Shown: positions 27,101-36,532 of the stretch, in pieces | How the letters are laid out: every line of letters begins with the position of its first letter | Numbering within the stretch: position 1 is the stretch's first letter | DNA from: Candidatus Thorarchaeota archaeon | Lineage (GTDB): Archaea > Asgardarchaeota > Thorarchaeia > Thorarchaeales > Thorarchaeaceae | DNA: 64,000 nucleotides | Assembly (NCBI GenBank): GCA_019057475.1 | Contig: DXJO01000041.1 | Span: forward strand, 7,284 to 71,283 | Reading direction: 5' to 3' | The notes under the pieces: generated by a model | Database searches by the model: none | What the model saw: only the letters and a program-made list of their open reading frames with translations | Told to the model about the DNA's origin: nothing | Made by a program: the position numbers and the translations under genes

Positions 27101-30006
27101 ACGACCTCATCCAAGTGGTAGTGTGTAGCATTGGAATAGACTGAGACGATGCTGCTTAGCCGCTCGATTGTGACCGAAACCGTTGAAGAGTTTGCACCTG
27201 CAAACGGAGATATTTCCACAAACTGAGCCCATACAGTCACACTTTCATCTAGATGACTGAATGGCACCTCATGGTCATAGACATACCCACCTGTTGCGTT
27301 TGAAATTACATTCGTTATGTTGAAGGTGCCCGATGAGTTGGTCCACCATATCTTCACGGAAGCGCCAGCAAGCAGCGCTGGGTATTCAGGGACTATTACA
27401 AGTCCCTCGATTCTCGTGGTTTCGAGTGGATGTAAGGTTGTAGGATTGACTGCTATGGTAAGTACAATGTCCCAGTTCTTCACGGTAATTGTCATGCTTG
27501 AGGAGGTCGCATTTAGGTAGTTGGGATCTGAGGACCCCTCCCACTTCGACCAATAGGTTACAGTCCCCATGTCGCTTGGTAGTGCGGTATACTCCAACTC
27601 ATAATATCCAGTTGCGTTGGTGAAAACCGTGCCAATCAAGTGCGGTCCCGTCGAGTTCTGCCAATAGATATTGACCCACTTGTTTGCCAAGCCACTACTG
27701 TTGATTGGGTCATAGAGCTGTCCGAATATGGTGATGTTTTCCCAAACGTGAAGGCTTTCTGCGGGTGGTTGCGGTACTGAGTCAATGGTTAGCTCCGCTC
27801 CCCGAATGGTAACTTGGATAGGCACAGTTTCGCTCCAGTTGCCTAGGACATGATCTATCGTGGAACTCCAATTCGCTCGAGCATTATATGTCCCCGGCGC
27901 GTGTGCAGCAGGGATTGTATAGGGGGCATTGAAGCCACCAGTACTGTTTGTAGTGGCGCTAAACAGGAAATTTCCGTCAAAGAAGAGGCCAATATCCTCT
28001 CCGATAAGGGGTGTCCCATCCAGAAGTTCGACCTGACCATCGTACGTTATTGATTCCCCTCGAAAGACGGGAGATGGAATAACATTCAGTGTGAATGAGA
28101 TCTTGCCCCACACATCAACGGTCGAGTTGTCAATAGATTGTGCCGGAAATAGATGGGGAACTCCCTGTCGGTACTCCCCTGCGTAAAAGGACCATACCTC
28201 GTGCATCCCCGTGCCCATTCTCGGGTCAGCGGCGTCCACATAGATGTCTAGCTGGTAGGTGCCGTCAGCCTGTATCGTTGCATTTCCAATCCAAGTTTCA
28301 TCCCACATAATCTGGATCTGGTCGTTGATGAGTGTCGTACCGTTCACTGGTTCGCCTTGCACAGTCATCAATCCATGCGCATGAACTGTGTCTGTCCACA
28401 CAGAAGTGTAATTGTCCCAACCGAGTTTCAGATTCACATCGATAGTTTCACTGAAACAGAACCTGCCTTCGCCGAGCGGCTCTGGCTGAGCCACCGCAAA
28501 GACGTAGGTGAAGTTGGTGACGCTGAAACTTCCCTGGTCGTACGTTGCGCTTATGTTGTGAAGACCCAGGTCGGCATCCGGTGGAAATGCATAGGTAAAG
28601 TTGGCCAGCGGCCATAGAGTCCCCTGTACTATCGTAGCAGTGCCAAGATGAAGAGACGCAGTTTCGTCACGGAACCGTATCGTCGCACCCTCGCCTGTAG
28701 GCAGGCCCTGAAGCAGCAAAGCAGCACTGAGATCGAATGGGTCCTCGAGTAACGCCCAGGGCTCAGCCAAGTTAGGCCAAACAAGAACCTGAAGATCTCC
28801 TTCTCCAACATTCTCAGGGATATCCCCCCCACCCATATCATCCGGCAGTGGGATTGGAACTACCTGTATCCACTCGCCACCCCCACCCGACATCGGTATG
28901 AAGACCTCAGCCCAGAACATCATGTGACGTACTCGCACCACACTATGTGTTCCTTCTTGATCTCCCACAGCATAGCCTATTGTCATTCTAGCGGGAATGT
29001 CAAGATAGCGCATGTAGACACAGTAGGCTGTGGCAAAGTCCATTGGTAAACCACCACCCCTCTCGATGAACCAATCCGTAACCTCTCGGCCTGGCTCGGG
29101 GCGCTCCTGGTAGTTATCGAGCGTCAGCTCGAATGTAGTGCGGAAGTAAGCATCGACCAACACGGCCATTTCATAGGCATTGTCAGCCGCTCCTAGGAAC
29201 TGAGAAGCATTGTCTTGTACGCGTTGTGAGAGCGGTTCAACATCCTCGAGCGCAGTGTAGGTTGTGTAGATATCTTCCGGGGCGAAATTTCCCGGCATCG
29301 CATTGCTCGCGACGTTGGTTAGGTCTTGTTGCCTGTATGTTACCTCGTAACTGATCAGCACATACTCGTCGCTCTCGCCTTCTATAAGGGGGTTGAACAG
29401 AAGTGTGTTGTAATCATCTGTTTCAAGGGTGTACTGCAGAAGTAAGCCATTCGGATGGCTTTGAAACGAGTCTTGTATGACTTGGATTTGCGGGAACAAT
29501 GCAGGCAGCTCAACACTTCCTGTTGCCCCTCCTGCGGAAACATTGATGAAAATCGTGTAAATCGTGTTGCCTTGGGTTACCGCCTGTGCTCTGGTAATGA
29601 GCTCTGTGCTGTCAAGGGGTCCTGTATCCAATTGTGTCTTGGCCCATCCAGAGCCATCATAGCTATCATAGGCGGTACTGCGCCATAACTGAGGTGGATT
29701 ATACGGGTCTACGATGAAGAGCACGTTCTCAAGCTGTTCAAGGAGATTGTCGGGAAGGGTCATGTTAAGTGGCAGGTCTTGATAGGTCACGTTCTCGAAC
29801 CAGTTACTCGTCCAGTCATTAAAGTTAACGTTGATTTCCCATTCGTCAGGAGGATATGGCTCGTGTGGATTTTCCAACCTCACCACACCTGCTTGGATGT
29901 TGAGAACGCTCCAAGTGGCCCAAATTATGGTGGCAACTAGGAATAGTGAGCTGATGAGAGTTATTGGGCTTGCCTTGCGGCGAACACCGGTTTTTGTGGC
30001 ACTCAA
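24187..30006 (-). CDS. Giant (1939 aa) surface protein with N-terminal TM, transglutaminase-like cysteine-protease core and >12 Ig/CarboxypepD_reg-like beta-sandwich repeats, C-terminal TM anchor
   Basis: TGase-like core 'DFATAYCVYMRYLDIPARMTIGY...VRHMMFWAEVFIPMSGGGGEWIQVVP' (Cys/His/Asp). Recurrent 'NATGYY', 'TNSTGGY' and 'DGTP' repeat signatures. Ends '...GMMLIMWILVISVEGIIALLVIARYRRSY...'. Confidence 0.7.
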   Translation of the reverse strand: MSATKTGVRRKASPITLISSLFLVATIIWATWSVLNIQAGVVRLENPHEPYPPDEWEINVNFNDWTSNWFENVTYQDLPLNMTLPDNLLEQLENVLFIVDPYNPPQLWRSTAYDSYDGSGWAKTQLDTGPLDSTELITRAQAVTQGNTIYTIFINVSAGGATGSVELPALFPQIQVIQDSFQSHPNGLLLQYTLETDDYNTLLFNPLIEGESDEYVLISYEVTYRQQDLTNVASNAMPGNFAPEDIYTTYTALEDVEPLSQRVQDNASQFLGAADNAYEMAVLVDAYFRTTFELTLDNYQERPEPGREVTDWFIERGGGLPMDFATAYCVYMRYLDIPARMTIGYAVGDQEGTHSVVRVRHMMFWAEVFIPMSGGGGEWIQVVPIPLPDDMGGGDIPENVGEGDLQVLVWPNLAEPWALLEDPFDLSAALLLQGLPTGEGATIRFRDETASLHLGTATIVQGTLWPLANFTYAFPPDADLGLHNISATYDQGSFSVTNFTYVFAVAQPEPLGEGRFCFSETIDVNLKLGWDNYTSVWTDTVHAHGLMTVQGEPVNGTTLINDQIQIMWDETWIGNATIQADGTYQLDIYVDAADPRMGTGMHEVWSFYAGEYRQGVPHLFPAQSIDNSTVDVWGKISFTLNVIPSPVFRGESITYDGQVELLDGTPLIGEDIGLFFDGNFLFSATTNSTGGFNAPYTIPAAHAPGTYNARANWSSTIDHVLGNWSETVPIQVTIRGAELTIDSVPQPPAESLHVWENITIFGQLYDPINSSGLANKWVNIYWQNSTGPHLIGTVFTNATGYYELEYTALPSDMGTVTYWSKWEGSSDPNYLNATSSSMTITVKNWDIVLTIAVNPTTLHPLETTRIEGLVIVPEYPALLAGASVKIWWTNSSGTFNITNVISNATGGYVYDHEVPFSHLDESVTVWAQFVEISPFAGANSSTVSVTIERLSSIVSVYSNATHYHLDEVVHIWGRLQNGSDGSPFVDMTIQIYWDNGTQYLFNATTNSTGWYDFYYNLTLSDSTSTVAVWVEWNSTIATQSDASATLTPSLTVQLYQVTLTGTPDSDFHFLDEVIVFSGNLTLVDGTPLAGEIITIYYVNSSGTFTFQKTTNSTGGYSFLYNLSISDDAEDIQMWASYTSLNPYVESDTSATETVTLSLYLVTLDVSFVNSVYLNETVTITVHLYFSHNSANISGAVVSLWWENSTGISWITNVTTDGSGQASHPYSGMHDYTDLSVQVYGIYNGTQLIEGVESTHESLTLQRWATLIGFSTGGITVFHLTETVVVTGTLEYGSSVPFEGVIVEMLVVGVGVVDNDTTASDGSFTCSWTIPQSTTPGSYDVTVRYLSSVNWIDNHTAIPIPIDIDAYTLVWVPFDATPNPVYISENLNISGVLSLDNGTPYAFAAVDIWGRHSIDFVDFFIESLVTDGSGRFWVVVQITEAVPVGILQVWANCTPADSYISSGQSLIIPVQVQQIPVNLTANAIPSLVYRGASVTISGTLTFANGTPMVGYVVDIMLAGVSVRNATTVGGGSFSVNYSIPWIYPLGPSNIYALFSSPTPAIENAQTAPESLEIWDSVELHMNVQLVTALNIGESLIVTGYVSNGGGPAPGITLDILVDGSRILTTTSQSDGNFSRTWTNTSAYSFGNYVLSLANVPGYYDVTSNVDTWIITLFTQSALQVRFDPSTPPDIMPGESYSFIISLADYLGNAIPGAVVNIYLDTLLESTPIGVAAINTSSEHRFRFTLPVSWDTSDYYALRVEYSGTTGVLASSAETSERMHIFTDNVSFDMTGTLTMVAPGQNFTFNGLLIDENGDPIANRNIEIVVNFTTTTNPTTTGPDGTFTVTATVPAEEGAFTYRIIITSSETTDVRSGQYTVNISGPGEIPAGMMLIMWILVISVEGIIALLVIARYRRSYTRFLKSYKPGFRLNISFNHHKGKRW

Positions 30007-30241
30007 CAGACATTTCCTCCGATTTTGTGATAGGTAAGATACATTGGGCGCGTGCTAAGGGGGGAGATATGGTCACCCCTCTGACAAACGATTTCGGGCC
30101 TAGCAATTAAAGCGTTTCTCGGATACGCAGGTCATTTATGACATCTTCGCGCATTTTTATGCCACTCAGAACACAGATATGTGGCTTTCTTGTCCGCGCT
30201 ATTGTTTCATCCTTGAGTCACATGAGGAGTGCTGTATTCAG

Positions 30242-30832
30242 ATGATGGACGAAAAACTCGATGAGTTCGTAAGGAGTGTGCTTCTCACTTCCGAGAAGGG
30301 CGCTCACTCGTATGATCACACAATGCGTGTCTATTCGCTTGCGATGTCAATAGGTTCGAAGGCTGGAGCAGATCTCAAGGTGCTTGGCGCTGCAGCTCAA
30401 CTTCATGACATTGGGCGACCACGTGAAGCACAGACAGGTGAATCACATTCAGCAATCTCTGGTGAGATGGGCAGACCCATCCTGCGAGAGGTAGGATACA
30501 CTGAGCGCGAAATCGAACTGGTTGTGCAGGCAATAAGGACACACAGGTTTAGTGAGGGCTTGACACCCACTTCGATCGAAGGTGAGGTTCTTAGTGATGC
30601 GGACAAGCTTGATGCAATAGGAGCAATTGGCGTGTTTCGAGCCATTGCCCAAGCATCAATGACAGGTGTAGGTATTGACGGTTTTCTCAGTCACGCAGAT
30701 GAGAAGCTATTGAAGCTGCGCAAGGTGATGTACACTAAACAGGCGAAGACCTTGGCAGAAAAGCGTCACTTTATTCTTGACAGATTCGTCAATCAGCTAC
30801 GTGAAGAGATTCAATCCTATGTGGAGAATTAA
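30242..30832 (+). CDS. HD-domain metal-dependent phosphohydrolase
   Basis: 'HTMRVYSLAMSI' and 'AAQLHDIGRP' form the H...HD motif, with a later 'DADKLDAIG'. Start set at MMDEKL (track start is upstream). Confidence 0.75.
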   Translation: MMDEKLDEFVRSVLLTSEKGAHSYDHTMRVYSLAMSIGSKAGADLKVLGAAAQLHDIGRPREAQTGESHSAISGEMGRPILREVGYTEREIELVVQAIRTHRFSEGLTPTSIEGEVLSDADKLDAIGAIGVFRAIAQASMTGVGIDGFLSHADEKLLKLRKVMYTKQAKTLAEKRHFILDRFVNQLREEIQSYVEN

Positions 30833-30837
30833 GGGAA

Positions 30838-31416
30838 TCAACCTTGCAGAAAGAGCTCCAAATAGGATGCTCTAATCGATTTATTCGAATCAAGCCCCAG
30901 TCGCTCAATGAGGTTGAATATTATGTCCAGAGTCGGGTTCATGTCACCCCTCGATGTGACGACACGTTCCAGTTCCAAGAAAAGACCAACGTCCTCCACA
31001 TCATCGACACTAACAGTGACAGAATCTACAGTGTAGAACACACGTCGTTTTGAGATGGTGGCCACGTGCTTGAATCCAAGACTCTCTAGGATTGACCGGG
31101 CGCTGTTTATGTTGCTGATATTTACTGAGAGTTCAACGCGCGATTTGGACCGGGACTCTAGCTTTGGCCCCTTGTAGGTCAGCTCATATGGAGTGGGGAT
31201 TGTGTTGTCTTTTTCGTCCCCTTCCACATCGGGATGACGGCTTCTTAGACGAAGAGCCTCGTCGGTTTCTTGAAAAGCCCTTGCAGGATGGTCGAAATAA
31301 ACATCAACTTGGGTTTCGCTGTTCATCTTTTGCGCACCAATGCGATGAAGAGCTTCCTCAACGGACTTTCGATTCTCTATCGGTATCTTGACCTCAACCT
31401 CAATAGATTCCTTCAT
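30838..31416 (-). CDS. CYTH-domain protein (triphosphate tunnel metalloenzyme; class IV adenylate cyclase/thiamine triphosphatase family)
   Basis: N-terminal 'EVEVKIPI' (ExExK), 'DVYFDHP', 'LRLR', 'YELTYKGP' and C-terminal 'LELERV' are all characteristic CYTH blocks. Confidence 0.65.
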   Translation of the reverse strand: MKESIEVEVKIPIENRKSVEEALHRIGAQKMNSETQVDVYFDHPARAFQETDEALRLRSRHPDVEGDEKDNTIPTPYELTYKGPKLESRSKSRVELSVNISNINSARSILESLGFKHVATISKRRVFYTVDSVTVSVDDVEDVGLFLELERVVTSRGDMNPTLDIIFNLIERLGLDSNKSIRASYLELFLQG

Positions 31417-32190
31417 CTAAAACTAGGCTCCTGTCAGTGCATAGGTAAGAACTGCAAAATGACGGGGAAACAAGTCAATAGGTGTTTCCATAGAATCTAT
31501 TTCTTACATTTCATGTGAGTGACACTCAACTGCAAGAAATTCCTGTGTTCCACCCGTCCCCTGCCAGTGTCGCCACCTCCCAGACTCCTATAGAGCCTGA
31601 GATTAGCAGGGGCTTTGTCTGTCATCATCGGGATGAGATCCCTCCCACAGTTATGGCTTCTTCCTCCTGTTTCACTACTGGGGTATCACTCCCAGCCACA
31701 GAGAGGCTTTCCACAGTTCTTGCCACGGCGGGGTCCTTATCAACCATCTCAACCTCGTCACCAAGACTGAGAAGGCTCGTCTGAGCATGGTGAACGGCCG
31801 CGGACTCCCCAAGACCTGATACAAGGCCCTTAGAGGAGAGTAAGGACTTCCCTCGAGAAGAGCTCGTCTTCCCTCGGGCTTTCGGGAGTGAGCGTGGACT
31901 GCGTGAAACAGCGCTTACCCACTTGCCTAGTCCTATCATAGTATGTGGTGGCTCTCCAGGACTAATAAGGACTCCACGATTACAATTGTCTAACATTTCA
32001 AGTACAACATTATTTGGGGAATGCAAGATTCCAACCTATCTAGACAGAGGAGGAGAAGAAACACTGTGGTCAGGGACGGTCCCGCAAGCTAGAAATTTTG
32101 CGAGTTTCCTACATTCTCAGCTGTAAAGTACTTAGAAGAATGTAGGATTTCACGCATTCCATAACTATCATAACGGAGGCCTGACACGCA

Positions 32191-33462
32191 TTGAAAGCAG
32201 GTGTAGCCATGTCAAGAATCAAACAGCTCAAGTGTGCCAAATGCGGGAAGGAATACACCGACAAAGATGTGCCGCCCAACGATGGATGCGGGGGAAGAAT
32301 CGACATATCCTTTGACCTCGAGGAACTCAAGGAAATCTTCACTAGGCAGAGCGTTGAGCAACGAAAGGGAGGCTTGTGGAAATACTTCGAGCTAATGCCC
32401 CTGAAGAAGCGGGAGAGCGTAGTAACTCTGGGTGAAGGAAATACGCCCTTGTTACGAAGTAGTCGACTTGGGGATCAGTTGAAACTTGGCAATCTGTTCT
32501 TGAAGATCGAAACGACGAATCCCTCAGGATCTTTCAAGGACCGACCGATATGTGTGGGAGTGAGTCGTGCCTATGAGGATGGTGCAGAAACGGTATCTGC
32601 AGCATCATCAGGAAATGCTGCGGCATCCATGTCTACGTACGCTGCTAGAGCGGGAATGCAAGCCGTGGTCTTTGTGCCAGAGGACGCTCCTGCAGGCAAA
32701 CTCATACATCTCAGGACTCTTGGAGCACGCGTATTCAGAGTCCAGAAGGTCAAGGATGGAGTAGATCCCACAACAACCTTGCTCAAAGCTGCTTGTGCAG
32801 AACTGGGGTGGACACCTACCCCATCATTTGGACCGTTCAATTGCTTTCAGTTCGAAGGCACAAAATCGCTTGGCTATGAGATTGCCGAGCAGATGAACTG
32901 GGAGTCACCGGATTGGATACTATTTCCCACTGGTAGTGGAGGACTTATGGCCGGGACAATGAAGGGACTATGGGAGTTCCGGCAGATGGGGCTGATAGAC
33001 AGCCTACCTAGACCAGTTGTGGTTCAGCCAGAGGGATGTGCACCCATCGTTCGGGCGTTCAAGAAGAATCAAGACCCTCTTGATATCACTCCATGGGACT
33101 CGAACAAAACCGTGGCAGGAGGGCTTGCAGATCCATTCCCGTGGGACGGCGATGCGGCGCTCAAGTATCTGAAGATGGCAAACGGTAGAGCGATTGCAGT
33201 ACCGGACGATGCCATAGAGCGGCAGCTTATAGCTCTCGGCAAACTGGAGGGTGTCTTTGCTGAACCGAGTGGTGTTGCAGCATTGGCAGGGCTTGAATCG
33301 CTTGTTAACCAAGGGGTCATCGATAAGTCTGACAGAGTTGTTGTGCCAATAACAGGTTCTGGTTTCAAGGATTTGGTAACGCCTGATCGACTCACACCCC
33401 AGGTCGTTCTCATAGCGCCAGATCTTGACCAGCTGAAAGCTGCACTTGAGAGCAGTACTTGA
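32191..33462 (+). CDS. thrC: Threonine synthase-like PLP-dependent enzyme (fold type II) with N-terminal zinc ribbon
   Basis: 'CAKCGKEY...C' zinc ribbon. 'FKDRP' PLP lysine region. 'SSGNAAAS' and overall ThrC length and pattern. Cysteate synthase cannot be excluded from sequence alone. Confidence 0.7.
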   Translation: MKAGVAMSRIKQLKCAKCGKEYTDKDVPPNDGCGGRIDISFDLEELKEIFTRQSVEQRKGGLWKYFELMPLKKRESVVTLGEGNTPLLRSSRLGDQLKLGNLFLKIETTNPSGSFKDRPICVGVSRAYEDGAETVSAASSGNAAASMSTYAARAGMQAVVFVPEDAPAGKLIHLRTLGARVFRVQKVKDGVDPTTTLLKAACAELGWTPTPSFGPFNCFQFEGTKSLGYEIAEQMNWESPDWILFPTGSGGLMAGTMKGLWEFRQMGLIDSLPRPVVVQPEGCAPIVRAFKKNQDPLDITPWDSNKTVAGGLADPFPWDGDAALKYLKMANGRAIAVPDDAIERQLIALGKLEGVFAEPSGVAALAGLESLVNQGVIDKSDRVVVPITGSGFKDLVTPDRLTPQVVLIAPDLDQLKAALESST

Positions 33463-33953
33463 AAGGAGTAGTGAAGATGACCAAACATCAACAGTCCAAG
33501 CCCACAATGCCAGAGATGGTTCGTTTCATGAAAGAGGCGTTAATCGAGGCCAAGAGAGGATTCGTAGACGGTGGTATACCTATCGGATCGGTGTTAGTGA
33601 TTGACGATGAGATTGTGGGTCGAGGGCATAACCGCAGAGTCCAGAAGAGCAGTGCAATCCTACATGCTGAGATGGATTGTCTTGAGAATGCAGGACGATT
33701 GAAGGCGTCGGAATACCAAAGGGCCACGATATACTCCACCCTTTCTCCTTGTGACATGTGCAGCGGGGCCATACTTCTATATGGCATTCCTAGGGTTGTT
33801 GTGGGCGAGAACAGAAATTTCAAGGGACCAGAGGAGTATGTTCGGAGTCGTGGAGTAGAGGTTACGATCATTGATGACAAGGACTGCGTCGAGATCATGC
33901 GGAAATTCATCAAGGGCTACCCAGAACTGTGGAACGAGGACATTGGCGTCTGA
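33459..33953 (+). CDS. CMP/dCMP-type zinc deaminase (TadA / cytosine-deaminase-like)
   Basis: 'HAEMDCLEN' (H-A-E) and 'SPCDMCSGAI' (PC...C) zinc-binding motifs. Confidence 0.75.
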   Translation: MKGVVKMTKHQQSKPTMPEMVRFMKEALIEAKRGFVDGGIPIGSVLVIDDEIVGRGHNRRVQKSSAILHAEMDCLENAGRLKASEYQRATIYSTLSPCDMCSGAILLYGIPRVVVGENRNFKGPEEYVRSRGVEVTIIDDKDCVEIMRKFIKGYPELWNEDIGV

Positions 33954-34960
33954 ACCTGATTGCAAATGGAAGTGACAGAATCCTGATAGGAAAAGAGCAA
34001 CGCAAGAGAGCCAAGGAGATTGCCAAGCAGTATGGATATCTACCGTACATGATTGAAAGATATGCTGCTCTCTGGGGCGAACAGGAAGCAATCCAGTTCC
34101 TAAAGGCATGTGAGCAGCCAATCAAGAAGTCCATCAGACTCAATACACTTCGAGCGACCGCAGAGGAAACACTCAGCAGACTCAAAGCCAAAGGCGTAAG
34201 GCTTGAGAGAGTTCCATGGCTAGATGCGGGATACACTGCTGATTTCAGTCATATCTCGCCTGGTTCACTCCTGGAGCACATGCGAGGATTCTACTATGTC
34301 CAGGGAGTACCATCTATGACCGTGGCGGAGGCACTGAGCCCGCAACCAGATAGTCTAGTTGTAGACATGGCAGCTGCCCCGGGCGGGAAGACTACGCACA
34401 TAGCTCAGATAATGAATAATTCCGGCGTTATCATTTCTATTGAACAAGACAGGCTTCGTACTGCAAGTCTTGAGAGTAATATCCATCGTTGCGGCGTGAC
34501 AAATTCGATTGTGTTGCGCGGTGATTCTCGCAAGCTTCACCAGCTTGGTATAGCACCAGATTACATACTACTTGACGCACCATGTTCTGGAGAGGGACTC
34601 ATCGCTCTGGATTCCTCACGAAAGCGCAGTAAGAGCATGGCGGACATCAGGTTTTGCGCAACCAAGCAGGATGTGCTACTCGATGCTGCAATCACCTCTC
34701 TCGCCCCGGGAGGAACTCTCGTCTATTCAACCTGCTCCATCGCTCCTGAAGAAAACGAATTCGTCATTGATGATCTCCTGAAACGGCGACCTGAAACGAA
34801 GTTAGTGCCCATCAACATCGAGTTTGGCATCCCTGCATATCCTAATCCGTACGGCGTTGAATTGCACGAATCACTGACCTTGGCAAGACGCTTTCTTCCC
34901 CATAAGCACAACTTGGAAGGTTTCTTCATTTGCAGAATTGAGAAGGAGGAATCGTCTTGA
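33929..34960 (+). CDS. NOL1/NOP2/Sun family RNA (cytosine-C5) methyltransferase
   Basis: 'VDMAAAPGGKTTHIAQ' SAM motif, 'LLDAPCSGEG' (motif IV Cys) and 'VYSTCS' (motif VI Cys). Confidence 0.8.
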   Translation: MERGHWRLNLIANGSDRILIGKEQRKRAKEIAKQYGYLPYMIERYAALWGEQEAIQFLKACEQPIKKSIRLNTLRATAEETLSRLKAKGVRLERVPWLDAGYTADFSHISPGSLLEHMRGFYYVQGVPSMTVAEALSPQPDSLVVDMAAAPGGKTTHIAQIMNNSGVIISIEQDRLRTASLESNIHRCGVTNSIVLRGDSRKLHQLGIAPDYILLDAPCSGEGLIALDSSRKRSKSMADIRFCATKQDVLLDAAITSLAPGGTLVYSTCSIAPEENEFVIDDLLKRRPETKLVPINIEFGIPAYPNPYGVELHESLTLARRFLPHKHNLEGFFICRIEKEESS

Positions 34961-35499
34961 AACCAGAGTATGTAGACTCGGTACAGTGGGACACGGTGCG
35001 GAATCAGATAGATTCGGACTTTGGTGCCGGTGTGACAAAGCGCATCTTGGGTACTCTTACACCAGTATCATTACCCAGAGCCAAGGGAATCTCATTCTAT
35101 CTAGTTCCTACCGGCTGGCTGCAGATTATTGACCGTGACTTCAAGCAATTCACGCCCCTCTCACTCGGCATGTGGCTTGGAGACCTCGTGGATGGCAAGT
35201 TTAGGTTGAGCCTACCAGCACTGGAACGCGTTCAAGAATTCACTTCCAACCTTCTCATTGTTTCAAGGCGGGGAGCTGAATCATTTACATACGGAAGAAG
35301 CATTCTCAAAGAGTCAGTTATCAAGATTGACCCTTCACTTTTGAGAGGTCAAAAGGTTTTCATCCTCAACGAATCAAACGAGTGTCTCGGTCTGGCAGCG
35401 CTCTCAGTGGATGCTGCCAAGATTGGACGTCTGGCCAAGGATAGACTTGTGGCCAAGAACCTTGTTGACATCGGATGGTACATACGAAGGTTGAGCTAG
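34957..35499 (+). CDS. PUA-domain protein, Nip7-like partner of the Nop2/Sun methyltransferase
   Basis: 180 aa. Overlaps the upstream gene by 4 nt (ATGA). C-terminal 'KVFILNESNECLGLAALSVDAAKIGRLAKDRLVAKNLVDIGWY' is PUA-like. Confidence 0.45.
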   Translation: MKPEYVDSVQWDTVRNQIDSDFGAGVTKRILGTLTPVSLPRAKGISFYLVPTGWLQIIDRDFKQFTPLSLGMWLGDLVDGKFRLSLPALERVQEFTSNLLIVSRRGAESFTYGRSILKESVIKIDPSLLRGQKVFILNESNECLGLAALSVDAAKIGRLAKDRLVAKNLVDIGWYIRRLS

Positions 35500-36236
35500 A
35501 CAAACATGTCAGAGGTCCGATCGTCGGATTCGATTGATCTGCGCATCTTCTCAAGCCGTTCAATCTCTTTGCTCTCTTCTAGGAGTTGCTCCACATTGGC
35601 CTTTAGACCGTATACTTGGTTCAGCTTCTCCAGCATTGCGGCGGCTGCTCGCGGATCTGGTCTTCCTCGTATTGCATAGGACAGCAGACCGATTGCGGGA
35701 GCATCTCGCATCTCTAGCTCTGCCAGCAGGAGCGCGAGTGGACCAGCCACGAAGAGCCCCTCCTCTAGGAGCGGAACATCCCACTTCTCAATTAAGGGTT
35801 CATACTTGCTCGTTGGGACGCAACGCATGTTGGCTTCACCTTCCTTAAAGCTTGCATCCAATCCGCCTAGGAGGATGGTTTCTGAGAACTTGCACTTTGC
35901 TAGCCACTCAGCCAGTCTGTCGACAAAATTCCACTGGTCGCTCTGATGTGGCTGGAATCGAGGTACGAGAAAGATCAGTTTCTTTTTTGCATAGGAATAG
36001 AGCTCGAACGGAAGTACCAACCTATTATTTTCCATCGATACAAATAATGGCAGCATGTCGCTCTTGATGAACCCAACTCGTTTTGCTTCTAATGTTCTGG
36101 TCAAATGGGCGGTGCTTAAGAAGCCTACTTCGCCCAGACCATGAAAGCCGCAGATGAATGTGGAGCCGGGCTTGACTTGGAAGCCCTTCTTCAAGATGAT
36201 GTCAAAACCAGACTGTCTCGTTGCAACAAATGCCAT
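35496..36236 (-). CDS. PAC2-family protein (archaeal proteasome-assembly-chaperone-like, COG1938)
   Basis: 'FICGFHGLGEVGF' matches the PAC2 G-x-G-x-G-x-V-G block. About 245 aa. Start set at MAFVAT. Confidence 0.5.
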   Translation of the reverse strand: MAFVATRQSGFDIILKKGFQVKPGSTFICGFHGLGEVGFLSTAHLTRTLEAKRVGFIKSDMLPLFVSMENNRLVLPFELYSYAKKKLIFLVPRFQPHQSDQWNFVDRLAEWLAKCKFSETILLGGLDASFKEGEANMRCVPTSKYEPLIEKWDVPLLEEGLFVAGPLALLLAELEMRDAPAIGLLSYAIRGRPDPRAAAAMLEKLNQVYGLKANVEQLLEESKEIERLEKMRRSIESDDRTSDMFV

Positions 36237-36532
36237 TCTCTCATGCCTCTTTGAAGTAGCAAGGGATGTATTTGCCGTTCCTTGCCCTTTCAAATAGCGC
36301 TGTGGCTCTGTTCCTTTTTAACACTGTGTCATAGCAGGATAGGACACCATCATCTTGTCTGCTCAGATTGACAATCGAACCGAAAGGGAAGCGAAGGGCA
36401 ACTCATCAATATTCCAAGAAATCGCTGCTGCTGGGTATTTTTGGATAATACTAGCACTTTTTGGTTAACGACAAAGCAAGAGAATGACATATCCTCATAT
36501 GTTCCATAAGGTTAGCATCGGAGCAGATTTAG

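Noticed and set aside
24263-28053. Numerous 60-160-aa ORFs on the strand opposite the 1939-aa gene (e.g. 24263..24748, 27317..27520, 27850..28053), and similar ones opposite the 1303-aa, 852-aa and 902-aa genes
   Set aside because: They lie entirely within long, well-supported ORFs on the other strand and have low-complexity composition. They are artefacts of long coding regions.
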